A DNA stretch of 64,000 bases from an uncultured Aliarcobacter sp. (GCA_963664305.2 CAXXLV010000002.1:736001-800000); one strand, 5' to 3'; counted from the first letter of the stretch, positions 51,067 to 60,957 are shown. The notes: generated from the sequence alone by a model not told the origin. Numbers and translations are program-made.

Positions 51067-51993
51067 CTAAACTCCTAATTCTGCTAAGAAATTATCTCTA
51101 AACTCTTGAACACTTGGAAATGGTAAAATAAACATATGTATTATAAAACTATCCAAATAAATATGTTCATTAATTTGCTCTTTAACCTTAGCTTTCCAAT
51201 CTGATATTTTTAAATTAACTTCATCAATAACATCTTGAATAATTTTTGAATTAGGAGTATTAGGATATTTATTAAAATCAAATCCTACTAAAGCAACACC
51301 TCTATAATTTACACTATTATAATTTGGGTGATTTTTATCAAAATAGTTTACAAGTGCATTTTGGAATTCTTCATCTCTAACATCAATATTGTCATGTATT
51401 AATTCTATATCTCTATCTGTAGATGAATTATTTTGTAAGAAATTATTTAAACTTTCAAAACATTCTTTTATTGCAGTTCCATAAGTTTGATGAAGCTTAG
51501 ATTCACCCCAATATACTTCTAATTGACCATTTTCTCCTAATGTACAATGTATTCCATCTACACCATGATAATGAACATGTTGACTAGTTTTAAGTGGCAT
51601 TTTACAAATCAATTGTGGTATTTTTAAAAATTCTTCTACTAAAATATACAATAATAATTCACCACCTTCACCTGAAGTTTTTAAATGTGTAAAAAGGTTA
51701 ACAGCTTTTTCTCTAAGTTCAAGAGCATGTGCAAATCCACCTTCATCAGCATCTTTTTTTTGTGCAGCCATTATTTCACTTTTAGGTATTGCATAGTTTA
51801 TTACTCGATGAGATAAATATTTTGCAAAATCTTTAACCCTTGGTAATCCATTACCATTTAATTCTAAACAATGAACACAAGTAGTAGTTTTTGTATCATC
51901 AATTTCAGAATGAAGTTCTATAGTTTTTATATGTGCATTTATATTATCAGATTGACTACTTATTAATTCATCAAATTTTTCTCTTGTTAACAT
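51067..51993 (-). CDS. hamA: Hachiman HamA (DUF1837) nuclease
   Basis: SGEGGELLLY, PQLICKM.LKTS, HGVDGIH, WGESKL, LPFPSV. Confidence 0.88.
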   Translation of the reverse strand: MLTREKFDELISSQSDNINAHIKTIELHSEIDDTKTTTCVHCLELNGNGLPRVKDFAKYLSHRVINYAIPKSEIMAAQKKDADEGGFAHALELREKAVNLFTHLKTSGEGGELLLYILVEEFLKIPQLICKMPLKTSQHVHYHGVDGIHCTLGENGQLEVYWGESKLHQTYGTAIKECFESLNNFLQNNSSTDRDIELIHDNIDVRDEEFQNALVNYFDKNHPNYNSVNYRGVALVGFDFNKYPNTPNSKIIQDVIDEVNLKISDWKAKVKEQINEHIYLDSFIIHMFILPFPSVQEFRDNFLAELGV

Positions 51994-51997
51994 TCAT

Positions 51998-53818
51998 TTA
52001 ATCCTTACATAAAATATATGGCTCTATACCATAGTCTTGACATGAAGATATAAAACTACTTAATAACCAAACTAATTGAATCAAATGTGAATTAGGAATA
52101 GAACTTGTCAGCATTCTTTGTAATTTATTATCTAAAGAATTTTTACTAAAAAATGGTGTTGCAAGATAAATACGTTTTTTCGAATTAGTTTTAGAATAAA
52201 CTCTTTCCAACGAATCTTTAATTTCACTAAATGAATTAAAAACATTTCCATCTTTTCTTAAACGACAAATATTTGTTGACTCATAATTTTTACACCATTT
52301 GTCATTATACTTTATTTCATAATCTTTAATTGAAGCATTAACTCTACCAATATTTTTTAAAGCTTGAGAAACTACTTCATGCATTACACTTGCACTATAT
52401 TTATCTTTCTTCACAAATTTAGAATGAATAAATGATATACTATTTTCATCAATGTATATATGATCTGCCCATTCATTACCCATATCATCACAAATTAATA
52501 TTCCATTATTAAAGTTTTCTTCAACTCTATAAAACAATGAATTGGAAGGAAATCTGTTTAATAAATTAAAATGATTTTTCTGAGCTAAAGTTGCATTTTT
52601 TCCAGGTTTACACTTTTCGGAATCTATATCTCCTCCATTAAGTAAATTATTATTAGTTTCACAAATTGATAATATTTTATTAATATTCATTTGTGTTAAC
52701 AACTGTTTATCAGAAAAAGCATATTTACCTATATATGCATACTTTGGTTTATCAAAAATGATTGTGTAATTTTTATTTTCATTTATAAATTTTAAAATAG
52801 ATTCTTGCCCTTGGTCATCTAAATAAACCTTTTCAATTTGACTATTTTTTAAAGATATTGATTTATTATTTATTTTAAGTTCTCCAAATTTTTTCCCTTT
52901 TAATTGTATTTTATAAATACTATCACTAACATGTTCAATATGAAATATTTTTCTTAATGTAATAAATAATTTCTTTAAATCATCATTCTCTAATTTATGA
53001 GGTTGAGAATTTTGATCAAAATAGTACAAATCTCTAATACCATTTTCAATTTCATTTTCTAACTTATAAAAATGAAATAATATTCCAATTGGAGAAGAAT
53101 CATCCATAATATCTTTTAAATTTATTGGATTTGCAAAACCATTTATGAATTCACTTTCCACATCACTTTCCACATCAGAAATAATGCTTAGACACCAAGA
53201 AATATAATCATCTAATTTTGCCTTTGTAGATCGTTGACCAATTCGTGATGAATTTGGAGTTATTGAAAAAGTATCTCCTTGTTGATTTATTCTAATATTT
53301 CGAGGAACGGATCTACTTGAAGAAGTTAATGGCATAATTCCATTTAAATTATCTGCTTCATAACTTCTTGATCGTATAACCGCATCTGAAATTGTCATAT
53401 TTCCCATAGAAATCTTTTCATATTTTGTATTATCTGAAGCTTTAAAATGTACAAATTTATCATAATCAAAATAATCTATATAATTTTCTAATTCTTTTTC
53501 AATACCCGTTATATTTTTCTTACTGATAAATATATAGTTATCATTCTCAATAATTACTAAATATGCATATTTTATCTCATTTTCTTCAGTACCACATAAG
53601 AAAGAAGGTTCTTCATCGAATTTAAAAGACATTATTGAAAAAGAAATGTTTTCATTTATATCTGATTGTTTTTTTATTTCTTTAATTACATAATTTCCTT
53701 TTTTTTTGGTTGATAAATTTATAAATACTCTTGTTATCTTATTTTCTGACAGACTTTTTAATTTTTTATATATTTGTACACTTTTTGATAACTCAACATT
53801 TTGTAATTCTATTGACAT
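51998..53818 (-). CDS. 606-aa hypothetical protein with putative C-terminal PD-(D/E)xK-like nuclease domain
   Basis: Intact long ORF with AGGA RBS; ICDDMGNEWADHI...FIHSK...HEVVSQALKNIG. Confidence 0.75.
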   Translation of the reverse strand: MSIELQNVELSKSVQIYKKLKSLSENKITRVFINLSTKKKGNYVIKEIKKQSDINENISFSIMSFKFDEEPSFLCGTEENEIKYAYLVIIENDNYIFISKKNITGIEKELENYIDYFDYDKFVHFKASDNTKYEKISMGNMTISDAVIRSRSYEADNLNGIMPLTSSSRSVPRNIRINQQGDTFSITPNSSRIGQRSTKAKLDDYISWCLSIISDVESDVESEFINGFANPINLKDIMDDSSPIGILFHFYKLENEIENGIRDLYYFDQNSQPHKLENDDLKKLFITLRKIFHIEHVSDSIYKIQLKGKKFGELKINNKSISLKNSQIEKVYLDDQGQESILKFINENKNYTIIFDKPKYAYIGKYAFSDKQLLTQMNINKILSICETNNNLLNGGDIDSEKCKPGKNATLAQKNHFNLLNRFPSNSLFYRVEENFNNGILICDDMGNEWADHIYIDENSISFIHSKFVKKDKYSASVMHEVVSQALKNIGRVNASIKDYEIKYNDKWCKNYESTNICRLRKDGNVFNSFSEIKDSLERVYSKTNSKKRIYLATPFFSKNSLDNKLQRMLTSSIPNSHLIQLVWLLSSFISSCQDYGIEPYILCKD

Positions 53819-53830
53819 AATTTTTATCCT

Positions 53831-54652
53831 CTAAATAATTTCCAAAACACTCGTCCCATCACCCTTATGTTCAACCTTTATCTGCAATGGAATTCGCTCT
53901 TTTAGTGCTTCCACATGGGAAATCACACCTACCATCTTTCCTGAACTTTGTAGTTGATTTAGTGCTAGTTCTAAACTATCAGCATCTAGTGTCCCAAACC
54001 CTTCATATAAGAAAAGTGAATCTATACTTATCTTTTGACTTGCAAGGGCTGAAAGTCCAAGAGCAAGTGAAAGACTTACTATAAAACTTTCCCCTCCTGA
54101 GAGTGTACTTACAGGTCTTAATACATCCCCTTGAAAACCATCAATTATTTCTATTTCAAATAATTTATTTGAATCACTACTTCTTTGAAGTTCATATCTT
54201 GGACTTAGTATTTGTAAATGTTTATTTGATATATAGATAAGTTGGTCTAAAGTAATACCTTGGGCAAATTTAGCAAATTTATCTCCACTTGCTAAACCTA
54301 CCATTTCATTTAGTTTTATCCATACTTTAAATGCTTCTTTTTTCTTCTCTAACTCTTTGATTTTATCTTCATGTTTTTTCATATTTGAAGCATTGATTTC
54401 AAGCTCTTTTTCTAAACTACCTATTGATTTTTGAAGTTCGTCAATAGCTGTTTGTAACTCTTTTGATTCAACATAATAGATAATTTGTGGAGTTCCAGTA
54501 TCAAAAATATCTCCTGATATAACTAAAACTTCAACTTGTTTTTCTTTTATAATTTCTAAAAGCCAAGAAAGAAAAGCTTCATGCTCTTCAGCTCTACTTT
54601 TCCCCATAAAATTTTGACCAAGATGCCAATCAGATGTATGTAATAAACGCAT
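53831..54652 (-). pseudogene. in-frame SbcD(N-terminus)-SbcC(C-terminus) deletion chimera
   Basis: LHTSDWHLG and SGDIFD (SbcD/Mre11 motifs I-II) joined at about 54487 to coiled coil, LSGGE, LFLYEGFGTLD and ISHV (SbcC/Rad50 C-terminus). Confidence 0.88.
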
Positions 54653-55094
54653 AAATATCCTATACAAACTTTATACATTTATTATAACTATCAAATAACT
54701 CTTTTTTGACTCTTTTTTATTATTAGATTATTTTAAAACTTAAAATAGAAAAAAAATTATATGTTTATACTATTTTTAGCTAGAAAATAAATTATTAGAA
54801 ATTTAAAAGTTAATTGGAGAAAATACATATAAACTTAATATTTTTTTATTCATTTATATTATTAAATTAACTAACTATCTTTTAATAATAACTATTTTGA
54901 ATAAAACTAAAGAAACAATAATCTAATATTTAACACAAGTAAAAGTGTTGTACAATCACATAATTTTTCTTCTCCCTTATATCATATTTTCTAAATTTTA
55001 AACCATTATTATGCTAATAAAATACTATTAAACTAATAGTAAATTAATATCACTTTATATATAATTTAATACTAATAATATAAAAGGAATTTGA

Positions 55095-55757
55095 ATGATA
55101 ATTTCAGTGTGTAATGAAAAAGGTGGTAGTGGAAAAACTACAATTGCCTTAAATATTGCAGTTAAACTTGGTCTTTTAAAAGAAGATACTTTATTAATTG
55201 ATGCAGACCCTCAAAGAAGTATTGAAGTATTTACTAATATTAGAGCTAATGAAAATATTGATCTTATTTTTAATACTGTTTCAAAATTTGGAAGCAGTCT
55301 TGGTAAAGAAGTTAAAAGCTTACAAAATAAATATTCTTCAATTGTAATTGATACAGGTGGTAGAGATAGTGAAGAAATGAGACAAGCATTAGCAATTAGT
55401 GATTTAGTAATTATTCCAACACTTCCAAGTGATTTAGATATTGCTGTTTTAAATAAAATGATAAATCTTTTTAATCAAGCTAAAGCTTTTAACCCAAATG
55501 CTAAAGCATTAATTACTATTTCTAAAGCTAGCCCAAATCCTTTTCTAACTAAAAAAATTAAAGATTTAAAAGAATATATTAAAGATAAAAATCTTGAAGA
55601 TATAAAACTTTGTGAAAGTGTAATATTTGAAAGAGAAGCATATAAAAACTCTTTTTCAAATGGTTTAGGTATCTTAGAATTCCTTGATGAAAAAGCTAAA
55701 GCTTATCAAGATTTTAATAACTTCTTTGATGAATTAGTTGAATATGTAAATAATTAG
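55095..55757 (+). CDS. parA: plasmid-type ParA partition ATPase
   Basis: KGGSGKTT, IDADPQ, VIDTGG, IIPTLPS.LD. Confidence 0.92.
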   Translation: MIISVCNEKGGSGKTTIALNIAVKLGLLKEDTLLIDADPQRSIEVFTNIRANENIDLIFNTVSKFGSSLGKEVKSLQNKYSSIVIDTGGRDSEEMRQALAISDLVIIPTLPSDLDIAVLNKMINLFNQAKAFNPNAKALITISKASPNPFLTKKIKDLKEYIKDKNLEDIKLCESVIFEREAYKNSFSNGLGILEFLDEKAKAYQDFNNFFDELVEYVNN

Positions 55758-55825
55758 TTAGTATTTATTTACTAATAAAATAATATTAATATATAAATAA
55801 ATAATAATTAAAATAAAGGTTTAAA

Positions 55826-56119
55826 ATGAAAGAATCAATATTTAAAAAGAATGAAAAAAAATCATTCGCTTTTGTAGAAGATGATAGTTTAGATAATGAA
55901 GTAAAACAATTAGATGAGTTTGTAAGCTCTGCAAGAGGTGAGTCTAAAAAGGTCTTAAACCCTAAAGGTAGACCTAAATTAAATAATGATGAATTAAAAC
56001 AAGAACAAATAGTGATTTATCTTACAAAAGAGCAAAAAGATGAAATCACTAAAAAAGCAAAACAATCATCTTTAAGTGTTTCAAAATATGTAATGCTAAA
56101 GGTTTTTGGGATAAGTTAA
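55826..56119 (+). CDS. ParA partner, putative ribbon-helix-helix centromere-binding protein
   Basis: GRPKL...IVIYLT.EQK...LSVSKYV; follows parA. Confidence 0.65.
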   Translation: MKESIFKKNEKKSFAFVEDDSLDNEVKQLDEFVSSARGESKKVLNPKGRPKLNNDELKQEQIVIYLTKEQKDEITKKAKQSSLSVSKYVMLKVFGIS

Positions 56120-56485
56120 TATAAAAAAGAAGAATTGAACCTAAAAAAAGAATAGATTTAAAAAGAGATATTTTAACAAAAAACTTTATTGAACTAAAAA
56201 TTAGTCACTAAAATAGTCACTGTTTCTCTTATGAATTTATTAATATTTAAGTTTATAAATTTTACAATTAATCATCTCTTTGAGATTCGCTGCTGATTAA
56301 TGCGAGAGTTAATGTGTGATAGGATTATCCCTTTAACTTGACAATCCATAAATACTCTGTAATTTATGTTATAACAAGTTGTTAATAACATAGTAAATTA
56401 CAAAGATTTAGTATTCATATACCCACTTGACGATCACTATTTTATTTAATAACTTGTTTCAAATAATATTAAAACAAGGATTATT

Positions 56486-57151
56486 ATGAAAGATAATAAA
56501 ATAGCAGTTTTTTTTGACTGTGAGAATATAAGTTCAAGATATGTTGATGAAATCATTGATGAATTAGCAAAAGTTGGTGAAGTAATTATTAAAAAAGCTT
56601 ATCATAATTGGAGAGAAAATTCTTCAACTCATTGGGATGATAAACTTAAAGAGTTTGCAATTGATGCAATTCAAGTTTTTCCAAATATAACAGGTAAAAA
56701 TGCAGCTGATAGTAAATTAATAATTGATGTAATGAATACTATTTATCAGTCAGGAATTAATACTATATGTATTGTATCTAGTGATAGTGATTTTACTGTC
56801 CTTGCATCAGAAATTAAGTCTAAAAGTATAGCTAGTATTGGATTTGGAGAAAAAAAGACTCCAGAAAGTTTAAGAAAAGCCTACACTACATTTTATGAAT
56901 TACCAGTAAAAAAGAAAAATAAAGATATAGTAAGTTTATTATTAGATGCAATAAATGATCTAAAAGATGAAGATGATTATGTGAATATTTCTACTATTAC
57001 AAAATATTTGTTAAACAAAGATTCTTCTTATATTCCACAAAATTATGGATATAAAAAATGGAGCGACTTAATAAAAGAAAAAAAATCATATTTTATTTAT
57101 GAATATAGAAATAATAACAGTTCTTTTATGGTAAAAGTAAATAGTAATTAA
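56486..57151 (+). CDS. NYN (LabA/DUF88, PIN-like) ribonuclease with C-terminal OST-HTH/LOTUS
   Basis: FFDCEN, GKNAAD, SSDSDF, NYGYKKWSDL. Confidence 0.9.
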   Translation: MKDNKIAVFFDCENISSRYVDEIIDELAKVGEVIIKKAYHNWRENSSTHWDDKLKEFAIDAIQVFPNITGKNAADSKLIIDVMNTIYQSGINTICIVSSDSDFTVLASEIKSKSIASIGFGEKKTPESLRKAYTTFYELPVKKKNKDIVSLLLDAINDLKDEDDYVNISTITKYLLNKDSSYIPQNYGYKKWSDLIKEKKSYFIYEYRNNNSSFMVKVNSN

Positions 57152-57332
57152 ATTAATACAAAATATAATTAAAAATTGATTTATGATAAATTTTTTTATA
57201 AGATGTTTATTGTTGTTCAAAGTTTAATTATATTTTATAAATTTAGGATTATAGTTTCTAAGTATGTTTTAGGGTTTACAGATCAACAGATCAATTTTAA
57301 ATGTACTTCTAAAACATTACTTTTGTAATAAA

Positions 57333-57941
57333 TCATCTAATCAAAGCCTCCCTAATCTGCTCATCAGTAGGCTTTATATATCCCATTGTTGTACTTACAT
57401 TTTTATGTCCAACAAATTGGGATATGATTTTTATGTTTATTGATTTACTTCCCATTTCTGTAATTAATCCTTGTCTAAAGCTATGAGAAGAATATCCTTC
57501 TCCTAAAATTTCTTTAATGGTTTTATTTACTTGTTGTATAAACACTATATTATTAATAGAAGTTCTTTTATTTTTATCACTACCTTTTGAAATAATTTTA
57601 TTATCATCAAGTTCATTTTTAAAATCAAATAGTTTTACAAGTTCTTTTTGAAAAGAGTTAGTTAGATATAGTTTTCTTTGAGTAGATGTTTTTGAAATAT
57701 CTAATTTTACATTTCCATCTTGTAATAAATTTTTTATATCTTTTATTTTTAGTTCTTGAACTTCATTTAATCTAAGACCTGTAAAAAATAAAATAGTAAA
57801 AGTTCTAAGAAGATTTTGTTTTGTATTAAATCTAAGATTTTCATCTCCTCTTATAAATGACATTAGTTTTTTATATTCAACTTCAGTGATATTTTCTTTA
57901 ATTCTTTTTATCTCTTTTTTTTCATCAACTTTTTTACTCAT
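57333..57941 (-). CDS. short tyrosine recombinase (catalytic domain only; resolvase-like)
   Basis: TGLRLNE, SKT, HSFR, GHKNVSTTMGY: R-K-H-R-H-Y set intact; 202 aa. Confidence 0.92.
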   Translation of the reverse strand: MSKKVDEKKEIKRIKENITEVEYKKLMSFIRGDENLRFNTKQNLLRTFTILFFTGLRLNEVQELKIKDIKNLLQDGNVKLDISKTSTQRKLYLTNSFQKELVKLFDFKNELDDNKIISKGSDKNKRTSINNIVFIQQVNKTIKEILGEGYSSHSFRQGLITEMGSKSINIKIISQFVGHKNVSTTMGYIKPTDEQIREALIR

Positions 57942-58092
57942 TTTTTTAAACCTTATAATTTATTATAAATATTGAGCTTTTATAATGTTTTTAAAATCCT
58001 TTAAAATAAAAAAACTCTGTATATGCCTAGAATTAGGTAAACCTAATAAATTGAAGTATTTTATTAGGTTTTGATTTTATTAAAAATGCATT

Positions 58093-58476
58093 TTAAATTT
58101 TCATTATAAAAATGAATTTTTTAAATTCTTCCAAATCACTATTATTTAATAATGGATATAAAATTAACCAATTATCCTCATAATCACCAAAAAATTCTTC
58201 AATCAATTCTTCCATTTTGTAATAAGAATATTTATAATCAGTTGTTCCTTTAATAATCAGAAGAATTAAATATAAAAATTGATCAAAGTCAATTTTTTCC
58301 TTTGCATTATTAAAATGTACGATAAGAGCTAAATTTTTTAATACTTTATGATTATCAATTTTTTCAAGCATATTTTTAATAACTGTTTTTTCTTTAGAAA
58401 GTTTATTTATATCCATATGATTTATTAAAATTTGCAATATAAATTTTCTTAATTTGTCTAATCTCTTAATATACAT
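58093..58476 (-). CDS. hypothetical protein
   Basis: 127-aa ORF, 1-bp overlap with the upstream gene. Confidence 0.6.
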   Translation of the reverse strand: MYIKRLDKLRKFILQILINHMDINKLSKEKTVIKNMLEKIDNHKVLKNLALIVHFNNAKEKIDFDQFLYLILLIIKGTTDYKYSYYKMEELIEEFFGDYEDNWLILYPLLNNSDLEEFKKFIFIMKI

Positions 58477-58934
58477 TATATTGTCCCCTTTTCTTCAACT
58501 TCTATCCAGACTCTATGAATCAATGAATATGAAACTTTAAACTTATGATTTTTTTCAAAATATTCAGCCATATCCCTAAAACTCATATCCTCTGCTACTA
58601 ACTCTTTTACTATTGACCAATAAGATAATAGTTTTTGAGTTTTAAACTTTTTGTGAGGTTTTCTATTTCTGAATTCTAAAACTTTTAATTTTGTGCCACT
58701 TAAAGAATTTATAAAATCATCAATTGCAATAATTAGTGCTACTAAAGTTAATGTATCTTTATCAACACCCTTATTATTTAGACTTTTTAACTTATGGAAA
58801 GTATCACGTTGCCTATTCAATACTCTTTTCTGTTGAGATGCATTGAGTTTTGCAAAGTGTTTTAACAATGCTTTTTGATCATCTATTGGTTTTCTTGTAA
58901 GAAGTTCTAATTCTTTTTCTTCATTTATTGCCAT
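58476..58934 (-). CDS. hypothetical protein with C-terminal HTH
   Basis: ATG at 58934 after AAGGA; MSFRDMAEYF...VSYSLIHRVW. Confidence 0.65.
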   Translation of the reverse strand: MAINEEKELELLTRKPIDDQKALLKHFAKLNASQQKRVLNRQRDTFHKLKSLNNKGVDKDTLTLVALIIAIDDFINSLSGTKLKVLEFRNRKPHKKFKTQKLLSYWSIVKELVAEDMSFRDMAEYFEKNHKFKVSYSLIHRVWIEVEEKGTI

Positions 58935-59030
58935 TTTTTTCCTTTTTTGTAAATCTATACTTACATTCACAATTTTTTGATTTTTAAAAAATTTAAAAAA
59001 ATAAGAATGCAAAATTTCAAACAAAAATTT

Positions 59031-59780
59031 TTAATTAAATAACACCATTTTTTTCTTATTCTTCAAATAAGCCAGAATCTCTTTCAAAATCCCTATGAGA
59101 AAGTTCTTTTTTGGAATTTCTTTAAATGTGTTAGTATCTTTTATTTCTGGATTAATTTTTGAAAAGAATTCATAAAATTTTTGTTTCTCAAATTGATTTA
59201 ATGAATGATAGATAAATCTAAAAATGTCAATATTTTTAATTTTAATTTCTTCTATATCTTTTAGTGAATAATCATTTTGTAAATAAAGTTTTATAACTTT
59301 TTTTTCATTTATAAAACTCTCATCAAGATAAGTTAGAACAGAGAGTAAAATCTTTTTAGAATCAAATGTTCTATAGTATTTAAAAAGTTGATTATCAGTT
59401 AGATTAAAATCAATTTTTTTTGTTAATTGTTTTAGATTTATTCTTGCTATTTCATCTACATTACTTAAAAAATCTCTAGGAAGCCAAAGAAACTGAAATG
59501 AAAAAAATTTATGACTCTTTTTGCAATATTCCTTAAGAGAAGTGGTGTTTAAACTTTGACAATCATATACAAACACTACATTTTTATATTTATTTTTTAT
59601 TGCAATCTTTATTGAAAAAAGTAGTGCTAAAAATTCTGCTTCAATTGAATTTACACCTTCTAAATTTTTACTATAAAATTTATTATCATAAGTATCAAGA
59701 ACTGTGATATTTGCAACTTTATTTTTATGACAAGTACTTGCATCACTTTGTAAAAATACTATATCTCTTTTTGATTTCAT
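59031..59780 (-). CDS. RNase HI-like domain protein with C-terminal extension
   Basis: QSDAS, NSIEAEFLAL, VYDCQ, WLPR...VDEIAR: D-E-D-D spacing of RNase HI. Confidence 0.7.
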   Translation of the reverse strand: MKSKRDIVFLQSDASTCHKNKVANITVLDTYDNKFYSKNLEGVNSIEAEFLALLFSIKIAIKNKYKNVVFVYDCQSLNTTSLKEYCKKSHKFFSFQFLWLPRDFLSNVDEIARINLKQLTKKIDFNLTDNQLFKYYRTFDSKKILLSVLTYLDESFINEKKVIKLYLQNDYSLKDIEEIKIKNIDIFRFIYHSLNQFEKQKFYEFFSKINPEIKDTNTFKEIPKKNFLIGILKEILAYLKNKKKMVLFN

Positions 59781-59782
59781 TT

Positions 59783-59986
59783 TTAATATTCTTCTTTTAA
59801 ATCTCTAAATATTTGAGCATATATTTCACTTGCGAATTCACTCTCATTAGAATAATTTCTTGCTTGATAAATCTCTATATCTTTTTCTTCAATATCAAAG
59901 TTTTCATTCATGATTTTTAAAAACTTTTTTTTATTTTCTTCAGTAAAATAAGTATCAAGTTCTATAATTGTTGTTGGGTATTGCAT
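59783..59986 (-). CDS. hypothetical acidic protein
   Basis: 67 aa, AAGGA RBS, operonic. Confidence 0.6.
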   Translation of the reverse strand: MQYPTTIIELDTYFTEENKKKFLKIMNENFDIEEKDIEIYQARNYSNESEFASEIYAQIFRDLKEEY

Positions 59987-60002
59987 AAGATTTTTTCCTT
60001 TT

Positions 60003-60299
60003 TTAGTTTTTTTCTTTTATATTTATTTCTAAACTATTTTTATTTTTACTATTTTTTGGAAAGCCATGTTTTTCATATTTATTAGTAATTGAAATACCTG
60101 TAAACAAAGTTATTAGACAATATGCAATATAGTAAGATACAGAATCATCTAACTTATTATTGATTTCATTTTCAGAATAAATAATTACCATTAGAAAAAC
60201 ATAAACTAAGCCACCAAACAATACTAATACTCCAAGAAGAATTAATATTTTTCCAAACTCATAAAGATTTTCATTCATTGATTTATAAAATTGATACAT
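60003..60299 (-). CDS. hypothetical 2-TM membrane protein
   Basis: 98 aa, AGGAG RBS. Confidence 0.65.
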   Translation of the reverse strand: MYQFYKSMNENLYEFGKILILLGVLVLFGGLVYVFLMVIIYSENEINNKLDDSVSYYIAYCLITLFTGISITNKYEKHGFPKNSKNKNSLEINIKEKN

Positions 60300-60340
60300 A
60301 GTAAACTCCTTTATTTTTTTGTTTTATTAAAATCAATTCT

Positions 60341-60673
60341 CTATTTGAAACTACATCTTGATATTTTAAAAATATCAATACCATTTGTAATAAAATTTTT
60401 TCTGTTTTCATCAAACTTAAATCCATTTGCTAAAGAAACTACTTTTGAAGAGCAAACAAGTTCAGCATTTGAATTAAATGCTTTTATTAGTTCTTCTTTT
60501 TCTGTTTTATCTTTTTGTTGTAAGAAAAAAATAAACAATACACACAAAGATGCAAAGGAAATTCGAATTAATATAGAATAAAACAATTTTTTTTCTCTTA
60601 ACTCTAACTTTGTATTTTTTAAATTTACATTTACTTGATTATCTTCTATATTATTGTTTATAGAACTATCCAT
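60341..60673 (-). CDS. hypothetical single-TM protein
   Basis: 110 aa, AAGGA RBS, two C-terminal Cys. Confidence 0.65.
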   Translation of the reverse strand: MDSSINNNIEDNQVNVNLKNTKLELREKKLFYSILIRISFASLCVLFIFFLQQKDKTEKEELIKAFNSNAELVCSSKVVSLANGFKFDENRKNFITNGIDIFKISRCSFK

Positions 60674-60728
60674 ATATAAATCCTTTCTATTTTAATTTTT
60701 CATATATAAATTTATTAAAAACTATTTT

Positions 60729-60812
60729 TCATAGTCTATACAATGGGTAACTAATAAAATCAATTACAACAACTAAAATCCCTAAAGATTTTTTACTTCT
60801 AGAATTTTGCAT
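60729..60812 (-). CDS. 27-aa small ORF (not in ORF track)
   Basis: AAGGAG RBS; MQNSRSKKSLGILVVVIDFISYPLYRL*; first ORF after a consensus promoter. Confidence 0.45.
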   Translation of the reverse strand: MQNSRSKKSLGILVVVIDFISYPLYRL

Positions 60813-60847
60813 ATTTTTCTCCTTTTAAATTTAAATACTTCCATATT

Positions 60848-60957
60848 TATCTATATTAGATAAATATAATATAATTATAATCTAAAATGGAATAATTTGT
60901 CAATATAACTTTAACTATATTAGATTTTATCTAGTTCTTATTTATCTATATTAGTTA
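60848..60957 (-). promoter_or_regulatory. sigma70 promoter TTGACA-N18-TATAAT with TATCTA-N3-TAGATA operators (copy A)
   Basis: -35 at 60898-60903 and -10 at 60874-60879 (minus strand); operators at 60848, 60912, 60943. Confidence 0.75.

Noticed and set aside
55010..55090. CTAATA-like repeats upstream of parA as a parS centromere
   Set aside because: Plausible, but indistinguishable by eye from background in nearly pure AT sequence.
57278..57295. ACAGATCA tandem duplication downstream of the recombinase
   Set aside because: Only two 8-bp copies with no supporting context.
57333..57941. Recombinase as the island integrase or an integron integrase
   Set aside because: Only 202 aa, far from the att junction, no IntI-specific insertion and no recognisable attC array.
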